A stretch of 63,257 nt of DNA, the filler included, from Licmophora abbreviata (Eukaryota), in NCBI GenBank assembly GCA_900291995.1. It is 15 parts of 15 records of this genome, joined end to end, with 100 filler letters (N's around TTAATTAATTAA, not from the genome) between each part and the next. Parts side by side here need not be neighbours in the genome. Positions count along the whole stretch, not along the records: positions 18,473 to 27,305 come from OLMU01005155.1; positions 27,406 to 29,099 come from OLMU01005156.1; positions 29,200 to 32,346 come from OLMU01005157.1; positions 32,447 to 34,532 come from OLMU01005159.1; positions 34,633 to 46,679 come from OLMU01005160.1; 10 more parts are not named here. One strand, written 5' to 3'. The translations under genes were made by a program, and so were the position numbers. Below, piece by piece: positions 23,830 through 35,967 of this stretch (position 1 is the stretch's first letter; each line of letters opens with the position of its first letter). Under the pieces are notes generated by a model. It made no database searches. It worked only from the letters and a program-made list of their open reading frames with translations, and had not been told where the DNA came from.

Positions 23830-26337
23830 CTACATCCACCGCTTCAGCAGCTTGTATAGCTCTTCTTCTGCGCCCACTGGAGCTTGAAACTTGTGCTTGC
23901 CTGGAACGACCGTGTCTTCATGAATCTTGGTCGCGAGTCGGGTGCCCATATCGATTGCACGCTTGGCATCGAGCTCTCCTGCCTGAAAGGCACCGCCAAT
24001 TGTAAAAACTTTTCCCGACAGGGCATCAATATCTTTTGAAAACGTTTGCAGGTCATGTTGTTCCAGCTGACCAGCACATAGGATAATGTTGTCCACCTCC
24101 AATACGCGTTCCTTGCCTTCGCGTTCAATGCACAAGTTTCCGTCTTCGTCCACCTTCTTGTACAAGACATTGTTTACCATTTCCACAGCGTTCGACTTGG
24201 ACAAGGTCGCTCGATGGATCCAACCGGTTGTCTTTCCCAAGGTGGCTCCTAGTTTGCCCTTTTTGCGCTGGCACATGACAATCTCACGCTTGGGCGGCCC
24301 CGTCGCTTTGGGTGACACGAGGCCACCGCGATGCCGATTGTTTGGGTCCACACCCCACTCTTCCCAGAACTCTTCAACGCTCACGTCGCTGGGTTTCTTA
24401 TCCGTACCGTCGTGATGAAGAAGGAACTCGGCTACATCGAATCCAATACCACCAGCACCAATCTGAGGGAAAAAGGGGAGCGCGTCAGTTAATGGGACGA
24501 TTGAGGAGAAGTCAGACGTACCTAGCGAGGGCTGACTTACAATGGCCACCTTCTTCCCCACATGTGCGTTGTGCCTGAGCACATCGATATATGACAAAAC
24601 CTTGGGATGATCCAGGCCCGGAATCGGCGGGATCCGGGGATTGACTCCTGTCGCAACAATCCACCTGTCCGTCCCCACCTCTGCTTCCATATCCTTTACG
24701 GTCAGGTTCGTATTAAGCTTCATTTCCACACCGTGCTTGTTCAACATAGTGCGAAAGTATCGGAGCGTTTCATGAAACTCCTCCTTTCCCGGAACACGCT
24801 TTGCCATATTGAACTGCCCACCAATTTCGGCACTGCGATCGTACAACGTGACGGTGTGCCCCATCTGGGCTGCCGTCAAAGCAAACGCGCATCCAGCAGG
24901 CCCTGCGCCAATCACTCCAATCGTCCGCCGCTGATCGACATGCAGCTCGTGAATCTTGAGATTCGTTTCTTGACATGCACGAGGATTTACAAGACAGCTA
25001 GCAGTCTTGGCGACAAAGGCATGATCCAAGCATGCTTGATTGCATGCAATACAGGTATTGATCTCGTCGGTTCGTCCCTCTCGGGACTTGTTGAGAATCT
25101 CCGGGTCTGCCAAGAAAGGTCGCGCCATGGAAACCATGTCCGCTACACCGCTCTTGAGCAAGTCTTCCGCAACATGAGGGCTGTTGATGCGGTTGGTCGC
25201 GACAATCGGAATATCAACGACACCCGCCTCTTTCAAGAGATGAGTCGGTCTCGCAAAAGCCGCCCGTGGAACGGACGTTGCAATAGTGGGCACTCTCGCT
25301 TCGTGCCAGCCAATGCCCGTATTAATCATGGATGCCCCGGCATCCTCTACCGCCCTTGCCATTTCAAGACACTCCTCCCATGACATGCCCTTGTCGACCA
25401 GATCCAATAGACTCAATCGAAAGATAATTATGAAATCGTTGCCTACCGCTTGTCTCGTCTTGCGAATAATCTCCAACGGAAGGCGCATCCTGTTTTCAAA
25501 GTTCCCCCCATACTCATCCGTCCGCTGATTGGTCCGCGTGCACAGAAACTGAGAAATCAAATAACCTTCGCTTCCCATGATTTCGACTCCATCGTAGCCC
25601 GCCTCGCGGGCAAGCTCCGCACAATGAACAAAATCATGAATGGTCGCCTGCAAACCCGCCTTGGTGAGTCCCCTCGCCCGAAAGGGCGAAATGGGCGACT
25701 TGGTATCACTCGCCGACACGGCCAGAGGATGATACCCATACCTCCCCGAATGCAGTATCTGCAAGCAGATCTTGGGCGCCACGTCCGGCCCTCCCACGAG
25801 CGGTACACGACAAGCATGTACGGCTTCCGTCACGAGCTTGTGCTGCAGCATTTCATCCGTCGTAGTCAGCTTGGCAGCAAAGGGTCCCGTCCATCCCTCC
25901 CGATTGGGTGCAATCCCTCCCGTCACCAGGAGGCCCACACCACCACGGGCACGTTCGACCATGTACTCGGCCATGGCCGCAAGATGGTGCTCCTTGTTTG
26001 TATGCCCCCCTACGACTGGCAAAAGTAAACTGGGAATGGAATGTCCCTCCAATCCAGTATGCATGGAGCCCATCAAGACGCGGTTCGGAAGGACGATGCC
26101 ATTGCTTAGTTCCAACGGTGTAAAGAGCTTTGGAAAGTGAGGATTGGTGTCGTTGCGCTGTAAATCATGCGCCAGCTCTTCCCCTGATGCAGTAGTAGCA
26201 GTTGTAGTGCTAGTAGCAGAACTATGGCTTCGACTAGCCGTATTCGTACTATTAGCAGTAGTACTCCGAGTACTACGGAAAGACGCAAGGCGATGGGGAT
26301 GGCGCTGCAAGGAGCGGCGGACAGCCTGGAATGTCAT
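23830..26337 (-). CDS. fadH: 2,4-dienoyl-CoA reductase (FadH-type, FMN/4Fe-4S/FAD) with mitochondrial-type presequence
   Basis: Motifs NRVLMGSMHTGLE, GYDGVEIMGSEGYLI, NTCIACNQACLDH, CLVNPRAC, GAGPAG and LGKTTGWIHR. In-frame 78-nt intron at 24463-24540. Confidence 0.95.
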   Translation of the reverse strand: MTFQAVRRSLQRHPHRLASFRSTRSTTANSTNTASRSHSSATSTTTATTASGEELAHDLQRNDTNPHFPKLFTPLELSNGIVLPNRVLMGSMHTGLEGHSIPSLLLPVVGGHTNKEHHLAAMAEYMVERARGGVGLLVTGGIAPNREGWTGPFAAKLTTTDEMLQHKLVTEAVHACRVPLVGGPDVAPKICLQILHSGRYGYHPLAVSASDTKSPISPFRARGLTKAGLQATIHDFVHCAELAREAGYDGVEIMGSEGYLISQFLCTRTNQRTDEYGGNFENRMRLPLEIIRKTRQAVGNDFIIIFRLSLLDLVDKGMSWEECLEMARAVEDAGASMINTGIGWHEARVPTIATSVPRAAFARPTHLLKEAGVVDIPIVATNRINSPHVAEDLLKSGVADMVSMARPFLADPEILNKSREGRTDEINTCIACNQACLDHAFVAKTASCLVNPRACQETNLKIHELHVDQRRTIGVIGAGPAGCAFALTAAQMGHTVTLYDRSAEIGGQFNMAKRVPGKEEFHETLRYFRTMLNKHGVEMKLNTNLTVKDMEAEVGTDRWIVATGVNPRIPPIPGLDHPKVLSYIDVLRHNAHVGKKVAIVSQPSLGTSDFSSIVPLTDALPFFPQIGAGGIGFDVAEFLLHHDGTDKKPSDVSVEEFWEEWGVDPNNRHRGGLVSPKATGPPKREIVMCQRKKGKLGATLGKTTGWIHRATLSKSNAVEMVNNVLYKKVDEDGNLCIEREGKERVLEVDNIILCAGQLEQHDLQTFSKDIDALSGKVFTIGGAFQAGELDAKRAIDMGTRLATKIHEDTVVPGKHKFQAPVGAEEELYKLLKRWM

Positions 26338-26719
26338 TTTTGTTACGTTTGCTATCGCTACTCGACTGCGATGCTTGGACGACGAGAGAATGACGAGGGA
26401 AGGCAATGATTCGATTCGGACTTTTGTGTCTGGGTGTCACTGGCCATCATCGATGCGCTCGGCTTCGTTGACATCATCTTGCGAACCCCGCAATCTTCAA
26501 TCTTCCTCCTCAGTATCATACTACGGTTCGCGCGTCACGAACAGAGTGGGCCAGTCGGAGGAGTCGAGTCAGCCAACTTCTGCCGACGTAAAAGCAAGAG
26601 CTTGACACGACGAGTGATGCCGACCTCCTAGATGGATACCAGTACTTTAACTGTCTCACAAGTGCACCAATCTGACTCACTCCCTCTCTCTCCACCCCCC
26701 AAATGTAGCTACCTAGTAG

Positions 26720-27859
26720 CTACCCATTCGACTTCAACCACCCTTGCTGTTTTGCATGTTGAAACATACGGACAATCTCATGTCGTTCCTGTACCGTCAC
26801 ATCTGGATGCCACACGTCTACCAGTAACACGACTCGTGTTTCCTCCGTCCGATTAAATGCTTCGTGCTCATAGCTGTCATCCAACACCAACGCCTTGCCT
26901 TCCCGCCACGTTGTCGTGGACGGTCCTACTCGAAGGCCAACACTCTCACTCTCGGATGACGGCACACTCAATGGCAAATGCACACGCAAGCGAAAATTAA
27001 TAGGCCCCGTGTGAGGACGAATCGAGGAAGAGGGATGCAAGGTGGAAAAGAAGCAATAGCCAAAAGGCGTGCCTTCAAAGAGCTCGTCGCGGAGTCCTTG
27101 TAGAATCTTGGAGGACTCTGGAAAGTCTTTGACAAAGTCGGGCCGTATCTGGCCCTTGCGTAAATAAGAATGCCAGTCCCAAGAGCCACTGTGCAGACTG
27201 TGTTCCGCAGCAGTAGAACTAGTAGATGGTGATGAAGCAGTAGTAGAAGCACTACTACTACTACTAGTAGTACTACTAGTAGTAGTATAGTCGGACGGTA
27301 TAGTGNNNNNNNNNNNNNNNNNNNNNNNNNNNNNNNNNNNNNNNNNNNNTTAATTAATTAANNNNNNNNNNNNNNNNNNNNNNNNNNNNNNNNNNNNNNN
27401 NNNNNCCGCAGCAGTAGAACTAGTAGATGGTGAAGAAGCAGTAGTAGAAGCACTACTACTACTACTAGTAGTAGTAGTATAGTCGGACGGTATAGTGCCG
27501 GAAACACGCTTGTACTCTTGTTGAAAGAGCGACACGTGACTTTCCAAGTACTCCACAACGTGTGTCACCATGGGGTCTTGATAGGCGACTCGGTTTGTGT
27601 TGCTGTTGGCATCGTAGGATGTCCATAAGGGCAACGAGCGCAAGCCTGGTAAATGCATGAGCGACGGTGATGGGCGGTGTAAACCGGTTTGAAGTAACGA
27701 AGGTCCCTGGACGACGGTTGACGATAGGAAAGTAGCAGCAGCGTCATTTTTGGAGTTGGGAAAGGTGGACATGCATCTTGTTGTTGTTGTTGGTGAAGAG
27801 ACAAGACAACGCAAGCGTGCTCTTGCAGTGGAAAGGACTGACCGCTGCATCCTCACCAT
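26720..27859 (-). CDS. Aspartyl/asparaginyl beta-hydroxylase family 2OG-Fe(II) oxygenase; spans a gap
   Basis: Motifs FFSTLHPSSSIRPHTGPINFRLRVHLPL, WREGKALVLDDSYEHEA and VDVWHPD. The N-terminal part lies before the gap, with overlapping sequence on both sides. Confidence 0.88.
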
Positions 27860-28220
27860 TGTCGTCGCCCTCCGAAGAGAAAAGTGCCGGTGATGGTAGA
27901 CGAGAAACTGAGGTTGGCATGACGGACAGACGCCATGCGGCTTTGCCACTCTCGTTTCCAACCGGTCTGCCATACAACAACAACAACCGGCGCAACGGCG
28001 ATATGATCCGAATCAATGAATGGAATGCCAAGAGATCGCTGCAACCTCTCACCCTCCAAAGGTTCCTACAGTAGCCATTTGCTGTAAAAAACGAATGATT
28101 TGTTATATCGACTACTGTGTATGTCCATCTACTTTCTCCTCTAGTATAAAGTTTCCATGACCAATCCGTCGAGACGACCGCACGTCCCCACCATCTGCAG
28201 TATAAACCAAGACACGTACC

Positions 28221-28913
28221 TCAGCTTTTCTTCCCCTGCTTCTTTTTGCGGTGAACATGGAGAGAGGCGCGTCTCATCTGTTCTTGAAGCTGAGCAATCT
28301 CAAAGTCCTTCTCCAGGACCTGGTTTCTGTGCTTACGCTCCATGTCATGCATTTTCCAAGACAGTTTGGCCAGCTCATTCATAAACTCCCGTTCCATCTG
28401 CGCTCGCGCTTCCATGAGAGTCAAATTGGTCAACTTCATCTGACGAGCATGAGCTTCGCCGAGTTGTTCGGCCATTTCCTTTTGCTTCTCCATATCGTTG
28501 CACGCGACCACTAGGTCGCACTTGGAAGCTGTCGCTCGACGGAGCTGCATTGTCAGCTGCGTTGCCTTTTCATCCTTGTCCCTAGCAAGCTGCTTGAGCG
28601 ACTTGATTTCGTCCTGCAGTTGCTGCATCCGCAGACGCTCATTCGCCTGGGCGAGGAGCTCCTTGGAGTCGGGCTCTTGGTCTCGCTCGTAGTCATCAGA
28701 CTCTTCGGAGTAGACCGAGCCTTCGGTAATGGAGGAGTGATCACAGGAATCAGTATCTCGGCGCACGACAACTCGTCCAAGAAAGATGGGGGAAGTCCTG
28801 TCAGCAGCCTTCTTGGTCAAGTCGTGGACTGACTCGAGCGTCCGCTCCTCGCGTACGACGGGACCGTTCGTTGAGAGATGATGAAAGGTATCATCACGGT
28901 GAACCGGTGGCAT
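28221..28913 (-). CDS. Hypothetical coiled-coil protein
   Basis: 230-aa ORF with heptad-like E/Q/K/L-rich C-terminal half. Confidence 0.7.
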   Translation of the reverse strand: MPPVHRDDTFHHLSTNGPVVREERTLESVHDLTKKAADRTSPIFLGRVVVRRDTDSCDHSSITEGSVYSEESDDYERDQEPDSKELLAQANERLRMQQLQDEIKSLKQLARDKDEKATQLTMQLRRATASKCDLVVACNDMEKQKEMAEQLGEAHARQMKLTNLTLMEARAQMEREFMNELAKLSWKMHDMERKHRNQVLEKDFEIAQLQEQMRRASLHVHRKKKQGKKS

Positions 28914-29486
28914 GGTGGTCGAACGATGATTCAGTAAGAGAGTATAGAGACAGGAGGGATCAGTCGAAGAGTGTCGTTGTTGTTGTTGTGCAATGTGGTG
29001 GGATCAATGCTACTTCGATGCCGCCCTGTTATCAAAACGCATCGGTTTGCAAATATTGTGAGTGGGATTCAAACGTGTGGATGCTTTATATTGTTTATTN
29101 NNNNNNNNNNNNNNNNNNNNNNNNNNNNNNNNNNNNNNNNNNNTTAATTAATTAANNNNNNNNNNNNNNNNNNNNNNNNNNNNNNNNNNNNNNNNNNNNG
29201 ATAGCCGAACATTATATATCTTTAATTAATATTAAATTCTCAATATTTAGAAATATATCAAAAATTGGCATCGAGAGCGTTGAGTCTTGCTTCGTGCTCT
29301 CTAGCCGACAATTTTGGCCTGAAAGACTTCGAATTCCACGTCATCATCCAGCCCGCAGTGCATGGCGCCAAATCGAAATCGATGGCTCTCCTTGACCCAA
29401 AATTAGGAAGAAGGACGAAACGGCCATCAACAACAAGTCTAATAACAAGCTTGCTCCGTTCCATTCGTCCCGTTGCTATAGATATC

Positions 29487-30027
29487 ATGTTTCGCACAGC
29501 CGTAAGTTTGGATCTTCGAATCAGAGATCGATCAGAAAGAATTTAGTCGTGGCCCAGTCAAAGTAGAGAGGCGAACGATGTGGATCCATGCAAGCTGCTG
29601 CCGTATCTTTTGGACGTGTTTGGGCATGAATGAAGCTGCTTCACCTCCCAGGCGGCTACTCGTTATCATTCGCTTGTTTCGTTTCTTGTGTAGTTCTGAC
29701 TTTGTCCTTCCCCCGTCTTCTGTGCAGACACTCGCAGCCCGCACGCTGGCTCCATTGGGAGATCGCGTCTTGATTCGTCGTGCCGCCAAGGAAGTTCAGA
29801 CAGCTAGTGGCATTATCTTGTCAGCAGGCAGCACCAAAGACCCCAATGAGGGCGAGGTCGTGGCGGTCGGACCGGGCGAGCGCGACGTGACGGGCACTCT
29901 CCATGTTCCATCCCTCACCTCGGGTGATTCGGTTCTACTGCCGGAATACGGTGGCACCAAAGTCAAGATCGATGAGGAAGAACTGTTTTTGTTCCGGGAG
30001 AGTGATATTCTTGGAAAGTTTAGTTGA
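29487..30027 (+). CDS. HSP10: 10 kDa chaperonin (HSP10/Cpn10)
   Basis: Micro-exon MFRTA (29487-29501), intron 29502-29727, then LAPLGDRVLI, TASGIIL, GEVVAVGPG, LPEYGGTKV and RESDILG. Confidence 0.95.
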
Positions 30028-30558
30028 AAAACAAAAAACAGTGTGTAACTTGGTAGTAAGCACTCGAGTCGGTGGATAATCCTCGTAGGGTGCGTTCATC
30101 TGCTGGGACAATTACTCGTTTGCGTCGTTCGTACCGTAGAACTGTACCCACGCGACAGAAGCTGTAGACAACTAAAAGATGCGCAACCGGAACCGTAGCA
30201 CAGATAACAGTCGTAGGCTAGGAAGGAGAAGTCTTCTCCGAATGGACGCAAGCAGGGGTTGTCCGAATTGCAACACGTAGTTCAAGAAGTAGTACTCGTA
30301 GTAGGCATATGCAGTTTCAACGCCGACCGATTGTCTAACTAGCAACGCCTAACACAAAGCAAGCATCACATAAAGATAGACTTATCACCTTATTTTCTTG
30401 CAGGCTGCAACTTCTTGCAATTATGACGCGCGTCTCGACCACCAGAAAGCTCGCACTCACAGACAACGAACAAAGACGACCCATTGAAACGAGAGCGTCC
30501 ATCGTCCTCCAAACATACACAAGGTCTTCAAATCCTTGACTGCTTCCGGATTACTAGT

Positions 30559-31301
30559 CTAGTTGTCATCGTAGGGCTGGTAACTATCCGTCTCTTCACC
30601 TCGTCGGAATCCCTTTGCGTCAACGGGAGCGACTGTGATCTCGCTTCGGAAGTGTCCCAGAAGCAATGCAAAAAACGCCAAGACGCAAAAGAGAGCGAAG
30701 GCGAGATTGGAAAAGCTAGTGTTCGTCACCGAGTTCCCATAGTGGTATCCGTGAAAGGTCACGAAGAGAATGAGATTCTGGTTGGCTACCACCACGAGAG
30801 TTCCCAAAAAGAAACCGACCGAAAATGACGTCGGGAAGCGTTTCAAGACAAAGGTGCCTAGGACTGCCAGCAGCAAATGAGCCATTCCGGTCCAGATAGC
30901 GGCCAGTACGAGCGCCTTGGAAGCTCCATACGAATTCAAGTTGATCACTGCAGAAACACGGTAGTAAGAAGGGACAGTCAGAAACAAGGCAAGAACATGG
31001 TGTGAGCAAAATCGAAATATGTCAATCAAGACATCAAAACAAGAGCCACGCCCCATTCCTCCAAAAAGCTAGGAGGATTCCAGAGATTGACCGCGTCTCG
31101 TTCTCAAAGACGAATAAGAGTTCACGTACTTTCAAAGACACACAAGATAAAGTAAATCGCGACGAAAATGAGAGTGATTCCCCATCCCCGGTGCACTGCG
31201 AACTTTGGGTCTTCCGCACACGAGGAAAACATCCGTTCAAGGACGCCGTGGGCCTTGGCGCTCCAGTCATTCGTCCTGCTTCCTTCTTGCCCTTCGCTCA
31301 T
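30559..31301 (-). CDS. Hypothetical membrane protein with about four TM segments, two exons
   Basis: Exon MSEGQ...ILCVFE ends at GTACGT and splices to CAG|TGATCAAC in the frame of ORF 30559..31056. Hydrophobic segments present. Confidence 0.7.
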
Positions 31302-32004
31302 CCTTAATCCGTCGCTGTTCCTTTCAAAAGAGGACAAGTAAGCTCGAAACTGACAAGGAGAATGCGATCTGCCTGTCGGTCGAAACACCCTCTTGCGAAA
31401 AGGTAAGCTTCAGGACGCAGACTCAGACCATGCGATCTTCAGACATGAAAGTAAGTTCATGGCTTCGAATCAATCCAATGACAATTAGAAAGTTGGAATA
31501 CAAGGAATACGCCATACCATGACCTTCAAACTCTATTCCTGTTTTCTCGAATTCTCAACCGACGTGTGACTATGTGATGGAATGACAGAACATGCCTAAC
31601 GGCTAACGGCTACATACTTATGCTCATTGCCGGAGTAGAATTATATTCCATTGTATTGTATTAACGACTGGATATAATACTATGATCGCTAACACACATG
31701 GACATCTCTTTTCTATCAAAAGGTCCCAACCCCTGCAAAAAAATCATGAACACCTCCCGACACGAAGTATTTATAAAAACGTATATATTCATTAAAATAA
31801 TACTCATTGTGCTATACGTTTATATTCGCCAACGCACCTATTCGTCGCCAACATCGCCTGGTCTTCTCCACTCTTGATCGCCACTTCTCTCCGCACACCC
31901 AACGCAACTCACTTCACAATTTGATGCAATCGGTACATTGCTCGACTTGTTTCGTAGCTTCCCAGCATAGAAAGCACTCTCTACTCTGTAAAACGGATTG
32001 AATC

Positions 32005-32994
32005 ATGATGTTCAAGGTTGCTGCCGTCTTGCTGAGCTTGACGACGTTGACTGGAGCTTACAAACGCCGTGACGCGAACGAAGCGACGAGAGACCGCCAT
32101 CTCACCAAGTTGGCTCGCCAGAACCAGGCTCTTCTTCTTGAGAATATGCCCCAAAAGGAAGGTAACGCCTTTTGGCATCGTTTTCTCGAAGAGGACGGAA
32201 GCCTCCCTCCAACAACGCCTGCGACCCCGGCTCCCGTGACGCCTGCGACTCCGGCCCCTGTTGCTGGTGCTACCCCAGCGCCTGTAGTTACCCCTGCCCC
32301 AGTGACTCCAGCGCCTGTGACACCCGCTCCAGTGGCACCCGCTCCTNNNNNNNNNNNNNNNNNNNNNNNNNNNNNNNNNNNNNNNNNNNNTTAATTAATT
32401 AANNNNNNNNNNNNNNNNNNNNNNNNNNNNNNNNNNNNNNNNNNNNCTGTGTGTTTGATGTAAGAACCAGTCACTTTGTCGAAAGTTTTGTTGATGTGCT
32501 ATTTATGCTAAACTCACACATTTGACCTTTCATATTTTCTTTCTGTACAGGACAATGTGTACACGGACCATGTTATTGTAACGAACTACAACGGGACCGA
32601 TCAACAGAACAACGACCCGACTTTCGTTGAGCTCACTATCAAGGAGACCACTTTCTCAGGCAACACCATTACTGGCCCGGTCGTGTTCCCGTCAATCGTC
32701 GAGACGGCATTGCATACGACATCAACCGTCCAGAACTCGTGCTTCACTGGAAATGCTGCCACTGGCGATGCGACGGCATTGGACTCGTCCACTGTTGCCA
32801 ACCTCAACGGTGATGCTGCCTACTCCAACTTGTTTGGCAGCGGCAACACGGTTGGCACCCCGTCTCAGTGTCCTGATATCGCTGATGTCACATTCGATGA
32901 TTCTCTCTCGACGGTCCTTGATACTATGTGTATTGCTTTCGATGCTCCATCATGTCCACTTGGACGTCGTATGCTGCGCGCGGGGGGCCAGTAG
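32005..32994 (+). CDS. Secreted protein with TPAPV repeats and beta-helix-like C-terminus; spans a gap
   Basis: Signal peptide, RFLEE processing-like site and TPAP repeats before the gap. After it, an exon with FSGN/CFTGN-type repeats. Confidence 0.6.
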
Positions 32995-33309
32995 ATGATT
33001 CCCCGGGACACGTCGCACGAAGGCCAACGAACGTACACGTCCAAGATGATGTCGTCGATGTCAATGAATATGTCCTTACGGAGAGATCTTCCGTAAGAGA
33101 TTCAGGAATTTATAAGCTTTAGTTACAATGCCCGTTGCTTGATGAATTAGTGGTGCTGTGTTGTGTTTTAGAATTACAAACTCGCTGCCGGGCTATATAC
33201 ACCTCTTAGAATTGCCGCGCCATCCATGCTTGTAAAAAGCAGCGGCTTTTGATTGCTGGATTCGATACGCTTTCCACCAGCATGTGCTTACTACACAAGC
33301 AGAGCAAGA

Positions 33310-34212
33310 TCACACACTCGCCTGGCTCTTTGCTACGTATCGTCGATGAGACCAACCGAACCCGCCTCGACCCCACGACCACGCAGACATACACCATAGC
33401 ACGAAGAAGAAGGCGGGGATACCCAGCACCTGGGAAAAGCCCAAAATGAAGACCGAGTAGCCAAAGTGTCTCGTGAGACTGAGGTTGGGGTATATGCAAT
33501 CGTCGTCATGCGCGGGGTCTGCCCCCTTAAAGAGCGGGTTGGTCAAGTTCGGGTGCAAGTTGTTCACCATGAGCCATATGGTATAGCAAACGATACCAAA
33601 CCACGGAAAGACGTAATGCTTTACGCGGACAGGGATTCGACTGTGATAGATTCCGTCCCAAAACAGCATGGATAGAAAGCCACCATGCTTCATTACCGAC
33701 GAAACACGGGTTATCTCCGGCATGTTCAAGAAAACTTGGTAGTTCAGCCAGAAGAAGATGGTGACTAGCATCTGAAAGCACATAGTCATACTGAACCACC
33801 CCCAGAGGAAGCAGACGGAGCGCGAAGGTGCGCCCTTCTGAATGGTCGCCGAATCAAAGATTGCGACATAAGAAGAGACAAAGTAAAATACAATGGTCAT
33901 CGAGTGCGACCATTGCGAAATGAAAGCGTAGTAGTATTGAGCCTTGACGATAAAGAGATCGAGGTGCAAGATTTGAAGACACCAGAGGAGGATGGCCACT
34001 CGGATCGACGCCGTAAGCCACTTTGGTCTGGGGGCAAAGGTAGCTCGCACATCGAGGGTGTTTCCAGTCTCGTCTTGCAACGAGAAGAAAGGAAGAGAGA
34101 GCTCTGCCCGCAACCGACCGAGGAGCGTTTGCGGCAGGGGTCCTCCCGGGGTCCACCCTTTCGCGGGTGAAGAGGCAAGAAGCGGAAGGCCTTCCGTCCC
34201 GTCCATGTCCAC
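33310..34212 (-). CDS. Rolling-stone/FAR-17a/AIG1-like multi-pass membrane protein
   Basis: About six TM segments with motifs ISQWS, VTIFFW, MKHGG and RIPVRVKH...CIYP. Confidence 0.6.
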   Translation of the reverse strand: MDMDGTEGLPLLASSPAKGWTPGGPLPQTLLGRLRAELSLPFFSLQDETGNTLDVRATFAPRPKWLTASIRVAILLWCLQILHLDLFIVKAQYYYAFISQWSHSMTIVFYFVSSYVAIFDSATIQKGAPSRSVCFLWGWFSMTMCFQMLVTIFFWLNYQVFLNMPEITRVSSVMKHGGFLSMLFWDGIYHSRIPVRVKHYVFPWFGIVCYTIWLMVNNLHPNLTNPLFKGADPAHDDDCIYPNLSLTRHFGYSVFILGFSQVLGIPAFFFVLWCMSAWSWGRGGFGWSHRRYVAKSQASV

Positions 34213-34676
34213 GGCACTGGAATGTTTGAGCGGCCGTCAGGCGTATGAAATACAGTTCGGTGGCCTCCTTTCGTTCACCCCTGATGAACAATGAAAGCGA
34301 GGTCGAGCGTGTGATGTGAAACTACCTACTCGTACGTGCGGCCTCGAAACCATCATTTTCCCCCGCGCCTCGATTTTCTACATAAACCTCAGCTCGGGAT
34401 ATTATTTCTGTGCTGGCGCGTGTATTTCTATTTAAGATACGCCTTTATTATGTATGCTAAAAGGCCGGCCGCCTCCCTCTCAACCGAAAAAATCCAAAAC
34501 TTTTAGACCGGTTGCGGCATGATAGCAGGTACNNNNNNNNNNNNNNNNNNNNNNNNNNNNNNNNNNNNNNNNNNNNTTAATTAATTAANNNNNNNNNNNN
34601 NNNNNNNNNNNNNNNNNNNNNNNNNNNNNNNNCGCACGCTGCGACAACGTGTCTCTCGAAAATCTCTGAAGAAAGA

Positions 34677-35676
34677 ATGAGTACAGAGGGAGTGAAAAGT
34701 ATCCTGATAATTTGTCTCATAATGTCGGCTCTGGGACTTGTGCAGTTCCACAAAGTAGCCTTCCCCCTATAATCTTCGGCGGCGACTCGCCCCAGAAAAA
34801 ATGACACGGGAATTCATCGATGAGGTGGAGACGAACTGGGACTGCAGCGAACACAAATGCGTCCGGGTGTCGGATGAAGACTTCATCTACCGAGGGGGAT
34901 ACGACACGTCGCCTGTCGTGGTAGAGTCGCACAAACTCGTATTCTTCACCATTCCCAAGGTCAGTTCGTCCACATGGAAGAAACTCTTTCGAAGAATGAT
35001 GGGATACAGAGATTGGAAGGAGGGAATGGCCCATGTGAACGAGAGTACAAACGGCCTCCGATACCTGCACCACTATACCAAAGACCGCGCCACGGAAATT
35101 ATGAATTCGCCCGAGTATACGCGAGCTGTCTTCCTCCGTGATCCCAAGGACCGACTGGTGTCATCCTATTTGGATAAGACCAATCCAAGGATTCCCACAA
35201 AAGATTATATGCAGAATCATTGTTGCCACGATTTGCCGCAAGGACAGCAGGAAGACTGTATCAAGAGTGCTAAACCTTCTTTGGCGGCCTTTGTCAATCT
35301 TACACAAGCATTGTGCCCCGACGACCCGCACTGGCAACCTCAGGGCGATCGAATAGATTGCAAATTCCACTCGCTGTTAAATTTTGTTGGAAACATGGAT
35401 ACTCTGCAGGCAGACGCGAAGCGTCTGCTCGAAAAGATTGGAGCATGGGAAAAATTCGGAAAATCTGGATGGGGTCCGAAGGGAAAGACGGATCAACCGA
35501 TTTTCACTCACAGAATTCACTCCACGGCCCCCAAGGAGGAGTCTTTGGACGAGAAATGGAAGAGGTTGGGAAAGTATTTTACGCCTGAGCTCGAAAGGAC
35601 CGTTGAAACACTCTACTCTTCAGATTACGGCGTCCCACAGTTCAACTTGAAGATGAGACGAGTGTTCAAGCCGTAG
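34677..35676 (+). CDS. Carbohydrate sulfotransferase (Sulfotransfer_2 family), type II membrane
   Basis: Motifs FTIPKVSSSTWK, FLRDPKDRLVSSY, DPHWQPQ and LYSSDY. The N-terminal TM from ATG 34677 is joined by removing one C in the run near 34765. Confidence 0.88.
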
Positions 35677-35967
35677 TGCGCTAGAATCAGATTGTTTTTG
35701 TGCTTACCCCCACTCAAGCTGATGGACGTGTTCTTGTAAAGTAAATAAAAAGTGGCATCGAGTGTAGGGTCTACCGTCGTAGGTATGAAATACCGTAGCT
35801 AGACTAGACGATCGCTCTTTTGTAGTCCACTCTCTTGTAACCGACACAGCGTGCTGTCCGTTTCAATTTCCGAAAAGACAAAAAAGATGCCAACGCAATC
35901 GGTCCGCCGGTCGCATGCTTAAGACAAAAAAGACGCTATCGCAATTCGCAATCCACACATACATCTC

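Noticed and set aside
27205..27495. Direct repeats flanking gaps (also at 4295/4409, 18337/18484 and 54405/54543) as tandem duplications or target-site duplications
   Set aside because: These are unmerged overlapping contig ends at low-complexity or heterozygous sites; the gene reads through when they are merged.
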